From assembly GCF_009914755.1 (NCBI RefSeq), contig NC_060941.1: a stretch of DNA of 64,000 bases; one strand, 5' to 3'. The notes under the pieces are model-generated. The model was not told the origin of the DNA. It worked only from the letters and a program-made list of their open reading frames with translations, and did not search any database. Position 1 is the first letter of the stretch. Each line of letters starts with the position of its first letter. Of this stretch, positions 40,690 through 60,560 are shown in pieces. A program made the translations under genes and the position numbers. Origin of the DNA: the human T2T-CHM13v2.0 reference genome, Homo sapiens.

Positions 40690-43143
40690 CTATGTCTTTG
40701 TAAATCTTAAACACTGGCAATAATTAAGCCCTCGTCTTCTGGCCTGGTAGAAGATGCCAATCAAAATAAACTGTGTTCCTGAGACACAGGGCCAGAAATT
40801 AAAGTTATTCAACTCCTCAGGGCCCAGGGGCTATTGTGGAAAAGGTAGGTGCATGAGATTATAAGGGCTGATTTTGAGAGAGAAAATAAGTTCAGTTTCT
40901 CTATAAATTAACCATTAATGTGAAAGGTACACTGATGCAAGACCAGCATATGGGCCCCTTTGTCAGATTAACAATATTTTCTTGAAGCATTAACTGACTT
41001 CTTAATAAAACTTACAACGATTGTAAAAGGCTTATTCATGTTATATCTTATGGTCAATATTAAAATTCTATAATTTATAACAATTTGAAAAACTAATTGT
41101 CTTCATGTTCTTTTTATTAGGGCTTATTGTTTGGAAAATTAAGTTTCTTGAAGACCGAAGGTTTTTGACTTTTTTTGAAATCCTTGAGTTATCAGTTTGG
41201 TTAAATGAATGACTTATTTTACAATGACCTGTGATCCTATTTTGTGATATCAAGTGTTTTAAACCTCTGATATCTGACGAACTTTCCAAAATCAAATTAT
41301 AAATTATGACTTTTTCTGACATAAATATTCCTTTAAGATATTCCTTTCCCTAAAGTCCAAAAATGACATAATTTGGCTTATTTGGCATAAAAATTATACA
41401 GGAAGCCTTGTCAAATATGAAATGGTTTTTGGCTTTCTTTGGGCTGTATTTGTATATTATTGGTATGTGTTCCAAAATTATGGGAAACTCCTATAATTCT
41501 GATTGACTTAGTGTATGTTATCAGGAATAATTATAATTGTTATGTTAAATTATTATGTGCCACAGAGGTAATTCCTTGTCAATTGTGTCTTTGACTATGG
41601 CTGCCTTAAAACTTTTTGCCATCCACAGACAATTGTTGTCTTGTTTTGGTCCTCTTTAGGAAGTGGTTTTATAGCTGATTAGCTATAAAACTCTAACAGG
41701 TGCTCTTGAATGCAGGTTTCTGATTACTTTGGAGATTGTGACATCAGAATAGAGGAAAAATGGCAGGACTCATGGAGAGCTGAAATATTTATGAGTATTA
41801 AGCAGAACAGGAATTAACTGAGTGGACTGAACTAATAGAAGACTGGAGTAATCTTTTTAGTTTTTGCTTAAAATGTTGCTGATCCTTTGTTTTGTTTTTC
41901 AGAGTAAAGGAAACTTCTTTTGGGCTAGTGTTTAACAATTAAGTAAAGTATACTCCTATAAACAAAATTTAGAGCATATTTGCTTCTTGCTACCTGATTT
42001 CTCCAGAATTTGGAAACTTTTTGAGAGTATTCCTAACTTATGGCCATATAGTTATTTGCATAAGTGCAATAAGAATCTGTTTTCATTTGTAACAGGACAG
42101 AATTGGAGAAACTGGTTGTTTTACCAAAGGCTTGACTGGAATGGCGTGCTTTTCTTTAAGGAATCAAACTTGACTTATAGAGCCAATAAAAACCCCTTAG
42201 AAGAAAACTGGCTGCATACCATGCCTACACAGTTCCTGAATAGGGTTCCTGATCTGTGGTAAGTAAAGAATATCACTTTCTGACAGGCCCAGGAGCCCCA
42301 AGTTATCTTGGGACCTCAAGAAGAGACGAATTTACTCAACTCATAGGTATTCGATGGTACAAATCCATGACTGGACTTGGCTTTAAAAAGTCTTATCTGA
42401 GATTCCTTCTGTGGAACAAAGTTCCATCAAAGCCAATTTTAAAAGCCTATGTGAAAAATAATTATTCTTGCTTCACTTTATAGAAATAGTCTAGCCAAGT
42501 ATAATAAAGCAAATTGGTCCTATGATTATTTGTCTTTTGTAAAAATTGGTAACAGGAGAGAGAAAAATTATATTTCAAAAACTATAATACATCTGTTGTT
42601 AGATTCTAGTCTTGCCTAATATTTTTCAGTTTTTATTATTTTCTACAGTTTGGACTCAATTCTAATTTTTCCTGGCTACAAGTCTCCAAAATAATGTTTT
42701 CCATTTTTTTCTTTTTTCTTTTCCTTCCCCCCCCCGCACCATTTTCCTAACGTGAAATAACTGAAAACTAAGCTGTGCTTTCTTAAAACTCTGCAAACTG
42801 AAGCTAGACAACTTAAACATCAGAAGAAAATAACAGCAACCATATACATATGTAAGCCACTTTCTTACCTGCTTGTATGGACTTCAGAATAATGTGGCCT
42901 ATATCAATTTTCCAGGATTGTTCTTTTGTTTTTTGTTGTTTTTCACGATTCCTCCCCCTATTTTCTCTTCCTAGGACATGAGACTTCCCAGCCTGCTAAA
43001 GGTGAACTTTCCTGATAACTTGGGACCTACCATCTAGGAATAAACTGTCCTAGCCATGAGAGATCAGATGAAACCTGAGACCAGAGATTCATTTCCTTCT
43101 AATATGCTTTCTCCCAAAGCTTTTCAAAAGAAAAGGGGGGAAA

Positions 43144-43904
<761 letters not shown>

Positions 43905-44016
43905 GGCAGACATCAGTGTGTATACATGTAAGGTATACATTGGTTCGGTCTGGAATGCCTGGACAACTTGAAGGGCTGGAGGGTTTCTAGCTTGTAGGTG
44001 GATTCAAATATTTTCT

Positions 44017-44914
44017 AGCTTGGGCGTGGTGGCTTATGCCTGTAATCCCAGCACTTTGGGAGGCTGAAGTGGGAGGATTGCTTGAGCCCAGGAGTTCAAG
44101 ACCAGCCTAGGCAACATAGTGAGACCTTGTCTCTACAAAAAATTTTAAAAATTAGCCATGTGCAGTGGTGCATGTCTGTAGTCTCAGCTATGTGGGAGGT
44201 GGGAGGATAGCTCGATCCCAGGAATTCGAGGCTTCAGTGAGCCACTGCACTCCAGCCTGGGTAACAGAGTGAGCTCTTGTCTTTCCTCCTGCACTGTTAG
44301 AAATAAATTTATGGTGCCGCAAAAGAAATAGCACTCGAACATGAATTTTCTCAGCAAGGCAATTTTACTTCTATAGAAGGGTGCATTTTGCAGATGGAGC
44401 AATGGCGAGAGCACAAGGGAGTGGAAGGGGTTCTTATCCCTGACACAGGTAGCCCCTACTGCTGTGTTGTTCCCCTTTGGCTAGGGTTGGATCACACAGT
44501 CTAAGCTCATTCCAGTGGGCTATTTTAAAGAGAGCAGGGGTATGAGCTGGAGTGGCAGGGAGAGTAGTTTGGCAGGAAGGACAGTTACAGAACAGGTACA
44601 AGATGACTAAGAACAGAGCAGGTGACCAAGGATGACTAAGGTCGGAGCAGGTGACCAAGGGTGACTAAGGTCAGAGCAGGTAATAGAGGCTAGGAGGGGG
44701 TTGTTTACTGAAACTAGGGACAAGGAGATGTAAAGAATTAGGAAGTTAAGCTTTAAAATGAGGAACAAAGAACAGGGGAGCTGAACATACTGATACATTG
44801 GTTCTTTGGAGAGGATCTCAGAACTCATTGTACTTAACAATTTATAGGCTAACACCTTTGAAGAAGCATTATTATATCCTACATGTACCATCCCCCCTGC
44901 AAAAAAAAAAAAAA
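44017..44914 (+). mobile_element. AluJ whose tail is interrupted by an LTR10
   Basis: TSD caaatattttct at 44005-44016 and 44915-44926; the poly(A) lies after the LTR. Confidence 0.82.
44295..44883 (-). mobile_element. LTR10-family (HERV-I related) solo LTR
   Basis: TG...CA termini, 5-bp TSD tg(c/t)ac, internal 29-bp tandem repeat; the sequence resembles LTR10 from memory. Confidence 0.7.
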
Positions 44915-46402
44915 CAAATATTTTCTGATTGGCAATTGGTCGAAAGAGTTAAGTTATTATCTAAAGACCTGGAATCAATAAAAAGGAAGATTTGGGTTAA
45001 GATAAGAGGTTGTGGAAACCAAAGTTCTTATTATTGCAGATGAAGCCTCCAGGTAGCTGGCTTCAGAGAGAATAGATGGCAAATGTCTCTTATCAGACCT
45101 AAAAAGCTGCCAGACTCTCAATTAACTATCTCCTGGATCAGAAAAGACCAGGAAAGGGAAGGGGATTCTCTACAGAATATGGATTTTTCCTACAAGAGAG
45201 AGCTTTGCAGGGCCATTTCAAAATATGTCAAAGAAATATATTTTTGGGTAAAATACTTTGAATTCTTTCAGGGCCTGCTATCTGTCATGTGATGCTATAT
45301 TAGGGTCAGGTTGGAATTTGGTATCTTACTGCTACAAAGAGTCTGTTTTGTCAGTCTTAATATCTCTGTTTAATGATAATGCTGATCAGTTGTGCCTGAA
45401 TTCCAAAGGGAGGAGGGTATAATGAGGGATGTTCGACTTCCCTTCCTATCATGGCCTGAACTAGTTTTTCAGGTTTATTTTGGAAATGCCCTTGGCCAAG
45501 AGGCAGCAGTCCATTCAGTCAGTTGAGGGGTTTAGAATTTTATGTTTGGTTTACAGAGTAAATATGAGGTGAGGGCTAAAAGCACATTTTCTGAGTCCCA
45601 AATCAAGATACATGGGCTAACTAGGGATTTTTGTGCCATTTTCAGATGTGAGACGCTGTCTTGGAGGCATGGTATGAATGTAGACATGATGAAAATTCCG
45701 AGGTATTTTGATGGTTTTTGGACAGCAAGTCAGAATATTTGGAATTGGGACTATTTGGGGGTTTAAATTGTAAAGAAGAGCTTGAGAGGGAATGTTGAGG
45801 CACAAGGACAGATGAACTATAGGTAGCTGTAGACAAAATTCAAGTCAGTTTTAAAAATGATGAGTTGAAAATAAACCATGAAACTGAATTAGCCAGCAGC
45901 TGGCAAATGCATTTTCTCATTGACACCTAAGCAGTGATAAAATTCCCTCATTGTAGATCCTACCTCTTCTTCAGAAAGCATATATAGGCTTGCCTATATG
46001 CTTTCTGTAAAATAAAATCAAATTCCCAAAAGTTCCAGTAAGGTTATATGCTGTTATTTTTATATACCTCCTGTTCTCCCCCAAACTCTTGCTTCCTCAA
46101 ATGCAACATCTTCCTTCTGTTGCCCTCATCTGGATTTTCAGATCATCCATCCACCCACCCATCCCTCCTCCCATCCACCCAATGAGAATCAATGGACTTC
46201 CTGTGGATGTTAGGCACTATGTGGTTCACGCTGGATTCCCAGCACTCACAGAGGCAAAGTCATGGATTAGTTAATTACAAGTTGGACAAACATGACCAAA
46301 AGAGAAAGGCATAGTGCTTTGGGAGCATAGGGCAAGGAAACAGGACCTGGTCTGAAGGGTCCTGGAAGTCTTCCTGAGGAAGCCATGTTTAAGCTGAGTT
46401 CA

Positions 46403-46951
<549 letters not shown>

Positions 46952-47844
46952 TTACACAATGCTCTAATATGACTTTTAAAGGACACGGTAATCATTTTGT
47001 CTTATTTCCATGGGGTAATCATTTTGTCTTTTAACTTTTCTTATCATAGAATTGCTACATTGATAAGGCGTTTAGCACTGGGTCCCACACAGGGTAAGTT
47101 CTTGATATGTATTATTACCCCTACTATGATTTTTAAAAGACTCTGACCGTACATTGTATGTAACAGGCACTTCATAACTGCTTACTCATCTTCCCTTATC
47201 CCAGTGCCCATGGGCCAGTTAAGGCAGAGAAGATAGGGTTGTAGGAATCAAATGTTTATTGAGTACCTTAGAAGTCATCCTGACAGTGAGAAGGCTTTGT
47301 CCAAGGTTAAACGACTTGTTAATTAATGTTAGAGCTGGACTTTGGATCCAGGTCTTCATACTTGAGCATAGGTGTCCTGATTTGTATTTTAATGCTCTTT
47401 CTATGACAGTACCCCATGCTCTTCCAGTCTCTTTGTGGAGTCCCTGTCTTTTATCACTAGAAAGTGACAAAGGCCTTGACTCTGTGCTCAAAAGTCTTTT
47501 TTTGTCTCCTCTGCAAAAAGTGGACTCTCTCATGCAATCCTAGAAACTGGAAATTCTCTCTAGAGAGCATGCGTGGCTGTCTCTCAGGGATGGGGTGGGA
47601 GTTGGGGGAGGATATAATGCCCCCTCCTGCTACTTAGCAGAGTCTGTCTCGTCTGAGTGAGCATTTGGAGGACTTTTATCATGGAATCACCCTACATTCC
47701 TCAATCTTTGCTTACAAGTGCCCTTGAAGCATCCCTCTGCTTCACTTTTGGAGGAATTGAGTTATAGGTGACAGTTCATACCTACTGCCACCTTCTGTTG
47801 TAGAGTGTTAAGTACACAAGGTCTTTCTAGAGATGTGCTCTAGG

Positions 47845-48260
47845 AGGCAGTATGGCATCAGAGTTAAGAACACAGAACCTGGAGTCAGTCTACTTGGGTT
47901 TAACGTCAGCCTTAACTTGGGCAAATTATTTAAACTCTCCAAGTCTCAGTTTCTTCACTGAGGGACAACAATCAAAGCTACTTCAGAGGGCTGATGGAGG
48001 ATTAAAAGGTGCTACGACATATAAAGCACATGGCCCACTGCCTGGCACATAGCAAGCATTCAATAAATGCCAGCTGTTATTATTTTCTCATCTGATACCT
48101 ACAGCAGCCTTGGGAGATAGGCAGGGCAGGTGTTATTAACCCTTCTATACCCCTGGGAAGGCTGAGTTTCAGAAATGTTAAATGACTTGATCTGAGGTCA
48201 CAGAGCCAGTGAATGGCAGTCAGGACCCCAGGTGGTCTGACTCTGAGTTCAGTGCTCCTT
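47845..48260. mobile_element. MIR elements
   Basis: Core motifs ttgggcaaattatttaaactctc...ctcagtttc and gctgagtttcagaaatgttaaatgacttg. Confidence 0.65.
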
Positions 48261-50135
48261 CTCCCTCTGAGTGGCCTCTGAAATGAATCGTATTTCCCTT
48301 GGGGACCTGCCTGACCAACTTTCATGTTTGTGAATTCTCTTTCCTTCCAGCTTCTCCTCCTTTTGTCAGAATTCTGCCTGGTGATAGTTTCCAGAAACCC
48401 ACCAGTCAAAACGCTACCTGTTTCTGTGAGGCCAGGATGCAGGCCTCTCAGGAGGATTCAGGAGGGCTACTCAGTCTCTGGAAGGCTGGAGGGTTCCTGC
48501 TCATGCAGTGAGTACATTGAGCCTTCAGCTGGGAGTTAACTTAGTTGTCTGTTGGGTGGAATTACCTTGAGTCCCTTCAACTTGAAAGAAAACCTAACAT
48601 ATATTTGTGCATTTGAAAATTGCAGAATGATTTAATTTTATATCAAGTATTGTAATATATATGATATTACTGGAAAGATACTAATGAGTTTTTACTTGCA
48701 TTTTATACAAAGGATAACTTCTTATTCAAGGCCTCTGGGCCTCTTGCTTTTACACATTACCAAGAACATTCCATTTTGTTCAATAAAAGCATTGATTTCA
48801 TCCGTCTTTGTTGTCCGATAGGTTGGCAGGGTAGGGCTATTGCTTGCTTATTTTCTTACCTCTGGAGTATTCACTTCTGAAATGAAGGGGTGTTTCACTT
48901 GTGGACTGGGTGATGCTGGGTAAGTTGCTGAACGTCTCTCTGGGCCTCAGGTGCCACATCTGAAATGATGATTCTTATCTCACAGACCTGTGTAAAGGGT
49001 TCAAGCACTGTCCCTGACACTTACTAGGGGCTTGGTCAGCCTGAGTTTATCTTATGTGTTTATCTTTGTCCTTCACATTTATCCATCCACAGTAACATTA
49101 ATGACTTCATTTGCTCCAAACCCATGAGGCACATGGGACCAGTATGAATTTGAAATAGAAAAGGATATGGCTAAATTGCCTTATAAAAACCTTTATCAGT
49201 TTATACTACCATCAACTCTGTGAGTGAAAGTTCCCAATTTACTTAAGAATACTTCAACTTTTTATTGAAAAATAAAACACAGATACAAAAACCCACACCT
49301 AACAAATGCACGGCTTAATGAATTATTGTGAATGCCACGTGAGTTAAGAAGTAGAACTTTGCCACCCACCCCAGAACCTGTGCCCCTTTCCCTCATCCCA
49401 ATTGCCTACCCCTCTCTCTCTATAAGTAGTCACTTTCTTGACCTTTGTAGTAATCATTTACTTTTTAAAGTTTTTTTAAAGATCCAAATGCGCATCTCAA
49501 GATACTCTAGTCTTGCTCATTAAAAAAAAGTGATAATTTTTTAAAGCCGCGATTATTCAGTAAATTCTTCCTCCATCCCTCTTTTTTTTCTTTCCAATTT
49601 GCCTGTAGAAGAATTCAGGCCTTTTGGCTTGTAGAGTTTCCCATAGTCTGGGTTTTGCTGACTGCATACTCATGGTGCAGTTAAGCATGTTCCTCAGTCC
49701 TCTGTGTTTTCTACAAATTGGCAGGTAGTTCAGAGACTGGATTAGAACTCAGGTTCAGTTTCTTTGGCAAGATTGTAGGTGGTGTTAGGCATGATTATAG
49801 GAAGTGCATAATATCTAATGGTCTCTTTTTATGTTTGTAACCATTCATACGTACTTTATTGAGGGCTGCAGAATGGTGATATTCTATCATTTCTTTTCCA
49901 TTTATTAGTTGGGATACTTTTATAAAGGGAAACTTACCCTTGTTTATTATTTGTTTACCCAGTGGTGCAGTTCCTATGGGAAAGGCTGGATTAATGCTGG
50001 AGTTTTCCCCCTTTACATACCAGTTTTCAAGACAATGAATTAATTCCCTATCATCCTCTGAGGGTGACCAATCATTTTAAAAAATATCATTATGAATCCA
50101 TAGGTTTAAATATATTTGATGGTTTTAGTCTATTG

Positions 50136-50349
50136 CAAGCTTATCCAGCATGTGGCCCACAGTCTGCATGCAGCCCAGATAGCTTTGAATGTGGCCTAAC
50201 ACAAATTTGTAAACTTTCTTAAAACATTATGAGATTATTTTTGCAATTTTTTTTTAAGTTCATCAGTTGTTGTTAGTTTATTTTATGTGTGGCCTAAAAC
50301 AAGTCTTCTTCCAGTGTGGCCCAGGGAAGCCAAAAGATTGGACACCCCG
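50136..50349. mobile_element. MER30 hAT transposon
   Basis: Perfect 8-bp TSD gtctattg at 50128-50135 and 50350-50357; homologous to 18647-18844. Confidence 0.85.
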
Positions 50350-50580
50350 GTCTATTGCAATTATTATCATCATTGAAGCTCAAGTTGTCCCCCATCTTTG
50401 GTCAGTGGAAGCTTCTTCAGGTTTGATTCTAAGTCCTTTTGACATGATCATAGTGTTTTTTTATAGTTTCCTTATTATTTGGCATGAAGAAGTGTTCCAG
50501 GCTCATCTCATATATATCCTGCTCCAGACATAAAATGAGCCATTTCTCTGAGAATCACTGGTTTCTTTGGATAAGAAATT

Positions 50581-51428
<848 letters not shown>

Positions 51429-52055
51429 AAACTATACATCAAGACCACAATCTGCTAGTGATGATCATTACTACTGAGGTTGGGCCTTATTTCTAGACCT
51501 TTTCAATAAACATTTAGAACTGGGGGGACTTGAGGTAAGGGATTTATTGCATGTTGATAACATTTGTCTGTGCCTTTTACAATTGAAGATCAGTTTTACT
51601 GGATATAAAATCCTTGGCTCTTTCTTTCCTTGGGCATCTTAAATATGTGAATTCCATTTCCTTTACCATAAAATATTGCTGTTGAAGAGTCTGATAATTA
51701 GCTGAATTTCTTTCCCTTCTTAAATCATGTACTTTAATTTTCTTTATAGCTAAAGACGTTATTTAAAGTACAGTAATTTTACTAGAATGTCTTGGTACTG
51801 GTTATTCTGGGTAAATATCCTCAGGGATGAGGTCCGCTCTTTTAATATGAAGTCTGGAATCTTTTTTTATTTCAGGAAAGTTTTCTTGAATTATAGTTTT
51901 AGTGTCTGTTCTGTTCCCTTCTTGTGGTTTTTTTTAGGAACTTTATTATCTGTATGTATGATCTTCTTTGCCTGCCTTCAATATTTGTCAGTTTCTCTTC
52001 AGTTCTTTTTATCTCTTCACTTTTATTTGTTAAGATTTTTTTCCTGTTTTTCACC

Positions 52056-52060
<5 letters not shown>

Positions 52061-52098
<38 letters not shown>

Positions 52099-52210
52099 CC
52101 TGAATAGAGATGGGGTCTCCTTCTGGTTCCCAGGCTGGTCTTGAACTCCTGGGTTCAAGTGATCCTCCCGCATCAGCCTCTTAAAGTGCGGGGGGTTACA
52201 GGCATGAACT
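52061..52210 (-). mobile_element. Alu monomer (FLAM-like) with (CT)n tail
   Basis: TSD ttcacctgtttctct at 52050-52064 and 52210-52224. Confidence 0.75.
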
Positions 52211-52245
52211 TCACCTGTTTCTCTTAAGAAACATGTGTTTATTGA

Positions 52246-56485
<4,240 letters not shown>

Positions 56486-58330
56486 GAATGTTGAATACTG
56501 GCCCCCACTCTCTTCTGGCTTCTAGAGTTTCTGCCAAGAGATCTGCTGTTAGTCTGATGGGCTTCCCTTTGTGGGTTACCCGTCCTTTCTCTCTGGCTGC
56601 CCTTAACATTTTTTCCTTCATTTCAACTTTGGTGAATCTGACAATTATGTGTCTTGGAGTTGCTCTTCTTGAGGAGTATCTTTGTGGCATTCTCTGTATT
56701 TCCTGAATCTGAATGTTGGCCTGCCTTGCTAGATTGGTGAAGTTCTCCTGGATAATATCCTGCAGAGTGTTTTCCAACTTGGTTCCATTCTCCCCGTCAC
56801 TTTCAGGTACACCAATCAGACGTAGATTTGGTCTTTTCACATAGTCCCATATTTCTTGGAGGCTTTGTTAGTTTCTTTTTATTCTTTTTTCTCTAAACTT
56901 CCCTTCTTGCTTCATTTCATTCATTTCATCTTCCATCGCTGATACCCTTTCTTCCAGTTGATCGCATTGGCTCCTGAGGCTTCTGCATTCTTCATGTAGT
57001 TCTCGAGCCTTGGCTTTCAGCTCCATCAGCTCCTTTAAGCACTTCTCTGTATTGGTTATTCTAGTTATACATTTATCTAAATTTTTTCAAAGTTTTTAAC
57101 TTCTTTGCCTTTGGTTTGAATTTCCTCCTGTAGCTCGTAGTTTGATCGTCTGAAGCCTTCTTCTCTCAACTCATCAAAGTCATTCTCCATCCAGCTTTGT
57201 TCCATTGCTGGTGAGGAACTGTGTTCCTTTGGAGGAGGAGAGGTGCTCTGCTTTTTAGAGTTTCCAGTTTTTCTGCTCTGTTTTTTCCCCATCTTTGTGG
57301 TTTTATCTACTTTTGGTCTTTGATGATGGTGATGTACAGATGGGTTTTTGGTGTGGATGTCCTTTCTGTTTGTTAGTTTTCCTTCTAACAGACAGGACCC
57401 TCAGCTGCAGGTGTGTTGGAGTTTGCTAGAGGTCCACTCCAGACGCTGTTTGCCTGGGTATCAGCAGCGGTGTTTGCAGAACAGTGGTTTTTCATGAACC
57501 ACAAATGCTGCTGTCTGATCGTTCCTCTGGAAGTTTTGTCTCAGAGGAGTACCCGGCTGTGTGAGGTGTCAGTCTGCCCCTACTGGGGGGTGCCTCCCAG
57601 TTAGGCTGCTCAGGGGTCAGGGGTCAGGGACCCACTTGAGGAGGCAGTCTGCCTGTTCTCAGATCTCCAGCTGCGTGCTGGGAGAACCACTGCTCTCTTC
57701 AAAGCTGTCAGACAGGGACATCTAAGTCTGCAGAGGTTACTGCTATCTTTTTGTTTGTCTGTGCCCTGCCCCTAGAGGTGGAGCCTACAAAGGCAGGCAG
57801 GCCTCCTTGAGCTGTGGTGGGCTCCACCCAGTTCGAGCTTCCCGGCTGCTTTGTTTACCTAAGCAAGCCTGGGCAATGGTGGGCGCCCCTCCCCCAGCCT
57901 CACTGCCACCTTGCAGTTTGATCTCAGACTGCTGTGCTAGCAATCAGCGAGACTCCGTGGGCATAGGACCCTCCCAGCCAGGTGCGGGATTTAATCTCCT
58001 GGTGTGCCGTTTTTTAAGCCCGTTGGAAAAGCGCAGTATTTGGGTGGGAGTGACCCGATTTTCCAGGTGCCATCTGTCACCCCTTTATTTGACTAGGAAA
58101 GGGAACTCCCTGACCCCTTGCACTTCCTGAGTGAGGCAATGCCTCGCCCTGCTTCGGCTCACGCATGGTGCGCTGCACCCACTGACCTGCGCCCACTGTC
58201 TGGCACTCCCTAGTGAGATGAACCCAGTACCTCAGATGGAAATGCAGAAATCACCCGTCTTCTGCGTCGCTCACGCTGGGAGCTGTAGACTGGAGCTGTT
58301 CCTATTCGGCCATCTTGGCTCCTCCGCCCC
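56486..58330 (-). mobile_element. L1 (L1PA4/5-like) 5' portion: complete ~1.04-kb 5' UTR and most of ORF1, 3'-truncated
   Basis: Minus strand begins GGGGCGGAGGAGCCAAGATGGCCGAATAGG; ORF1 MGKKQSRKTGNSK starts at 57292; ends at the SVA poly(A). Confidence 0.95.
57876..58130 (+). CDS. L1 ORF0-like antisense ORF (84 aa)
   Basis: MVGAPPPASLPPCSLISDCCASNQRDSVG... matches primate L1 ORF0; context gcaATGG. Expression is unknown. Confidence 0.6.
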   Translation: MVGAPPPASLPPCSLISDCCASNQRDSVGIGPSQPGAGFNLLVCRFLSPLEKRSIWVGVTRFSRCHLSPLYLTRKGNSLTPCTS

Positions 58331-59029
58331 TGTATTTTTTTATATATATCTGTTTCTTCCTATAAGAATATCAGTGTCTCAAGGGTAGGGATCTGGTCCT
58401 ATTCGTTTTTGAAACTCTCTCACCTAGTATTCATTAATAGGACTAAGTGAGAACAGAACATCCAAGACCTTTAACAAGGGACCATCCCTTTTGTGTTTCC
58501 TGATGTTTTAAGAGACAAAAGTGCTTTTGCAGCTGTGGCTTCTAAGACTAAGAGAAGAGATTAAACAAAGCCAAATTTACTCAAAGCACAACATATCTGT
58601 GCATGTATTCAGGTCTGTCTCTAGCATCCTAGTCAGAAAAGCAGTACCTCCCTCCATAGTCTGATACAGATTTCAGACTTGCATCCCCCTAGGACAATAC
58701 CACTTGCACCATTGGAAAAATGCATTATTGCTTTCTCTAGCAGCTGATTAAATTCTAGTTCCCCATGATGCATGGAACTTGCTTGAGGACTGGTGGAGTA
58801 CCTGGACTATAGACTTCATTCTGAAATCCCACCAACTCCCAAAGAACCCATCATACAGCCCATGGTGCATGCACACTCCAGGTACCACTACCATATGACT
58901 ACAGGCCCAACCACCACCTCTTGAAAGCCAGAGTGGACCTACCTCTCTTGAGGCTGGCCTTGTAGCCAATCTAGTTGGCTTCTGTGTGTTCCATAGCCTT
59001 GCCATGTGCCTTGGACCATGCAATATTGA

Positions 59030-59260
59030 TGATGATACAAGTAATCCTTTAGTGAGCACTTATCAGTGTACCGGGTGCTGTGCTAAATGTGCTTCAAACA
59101 ACATTTCATTGAACTCCCACGACTCAATGAATTCATTTCTATTGCAGATGAAGCCTCTGAGAAGTTAGGTAATTTTTCTCTAGGTTACAGTGCAAGTAAG
59201 TACAAGAGCCAGGACTAAAACTCAGGCTTGTTAGAAGTGTCCAAAATCCATGTTCCTAAT
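59030..59260. mobile_element. MIR
   Basis: ttctattgcagatgaag...ctgagaagttaggtaattt core. Confidence 0.55.
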
Positions 59261-59264
59261 GACT

Positions 59265-59478
59265 TGTAGCATGAGGGTTCCCAGAAGCTAGCTCTGAGAT
59301 GGAGATTTGTATGCAGGAGATTTACGAGGAATGTGCTTCGGATCAACACCTGTGGAAAGAATGAGTTGGAAGCAGGATGGGGCAGATGAAGAAGCTGAGC
59401 ACTGATGAAGTCCCAGTGAAAGCCTCAGCTAGCCCCCAGGGAACTCTGAAGCTGGGATGGCCCTTTAGAATCATCCTG
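59265..59478 (-). mobile_element. LTR16-type ERVL fragment
   Basis: gggttcccagaag...ctgagatggagatttg...gatcaacacctgtgg...gctgggatggccctt. Confidence 0.6.
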
Positions 59479-59903
59479 TTGTGATATAGAAGCTGGAAAG
59501 AGGAGAAACCTATAAAATAATTAAGAAACAATTCTATGTCATCACTCCAGGGAAGCTCGTTAATTTATTCACTTACTTGCCCACTCATTCTTTGATTCAC
59601 TCATTCATTCATTCAGTGTGCCAGATTCGGTGCTGGATTCTGGGGGACAAGGTACAAAGTGAAGTTTACAGTCAACACGGAGATGATGAACACATGAGCT
59701 AGCAGAACACAGTCTTACGGGTGCTCAGATAGAGATGTGCACAGGGTTCCATGAGAGAATGGACGTGGGGATGCACTGAAAGCAAGTGGGAGGAGCCAGG
59801 ATGTTGCTGCCTCCTCAGAGGTGACTGGGCTTTCCTAGGGCAGGGGAAGAAGGGCATTCTGGGCCCAGGGGAAAGACTGAGCTTTTTAGTTTTCTCCAGA
59901 TGG

Positions 59904-60203
59904 GTTTTTTTTTTTTTTTTTTTGAGACAGAGTCTTGCTCTGTTGCCCAGGCTGGAGTGCAGTGTCACAATCTTGGCTCACTGTAGCCTCTGCTTCCCAG
60001 GTTCAAGCAATTATCCTGACTCAGCCTCCTGAGTAGCTGGGATTACAGGCGTGTACCACCGTGCCTGGCTAATTTTTGTATTTTTAGTAGAGATGGGGTT
60101 TCACCATGTTGGCCAGGCTGGTCTCAAACTCCTGACCTTGTAGATCTGCCTTCCTCAGCCTCCCAAAGTGCTGGGATTACAGGCGTGAGCCACTGTGCCC
60201 AGT
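59904..60203 (-). mobile_element. Alu
   Basis: Reverse dimer. Confidence 0.9.
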
Positions 60204-60215
60204 CTCAGATAGGGT

Positions 60216-60560
60216 TATCTTAGTTAATTTGGGCTCCTGTAACAAAAGTCAAGACAGAGTGGCTTGTAAACAACAGACATTGACTTCTTATAGTTCTGGA
60301 GGCTGGAAGTCAGATCAGGGCCACAACAACTTTCTGGTTAGGGCCCTCTTCTGGGTTGCAGACTGCTGACTTCTTATCCTCACATGGCAGAAAGAGCTAG
60401 AGAGCTCTCTGGGGTCTCTTTTATGAGGCACTAATCCCATTCATGACAGCTCCACCCTTATGACCTAATTACTCCCAAAGGCCCCACCTCCATTATCCCC
60501 TTGGGGGTTAGGATTTCAATATATGAATTTTTGGGAAACACAAACATTTAGCCCATGACA
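60216..60560 (-). mobile_element. MLT1A-type MaLR LTR
   Basis: agttctggaggctggaagtc...cactaatcccattcatga...ttaggatttcaa. Confidence 0.75.

Noticed and set aside
44602-44683. 29-bp direct repeats as a CRISPR-like array
   Set aside because: The copies are head-to-tail with no spacers, lie inside an LTR, and no cas genes are present in this eukaryotic DNA.
46987-47030. 17-bp direct repeat ggtaatcattttgtctt
   Set aside because: A small local duplication with no associated element or evident function.
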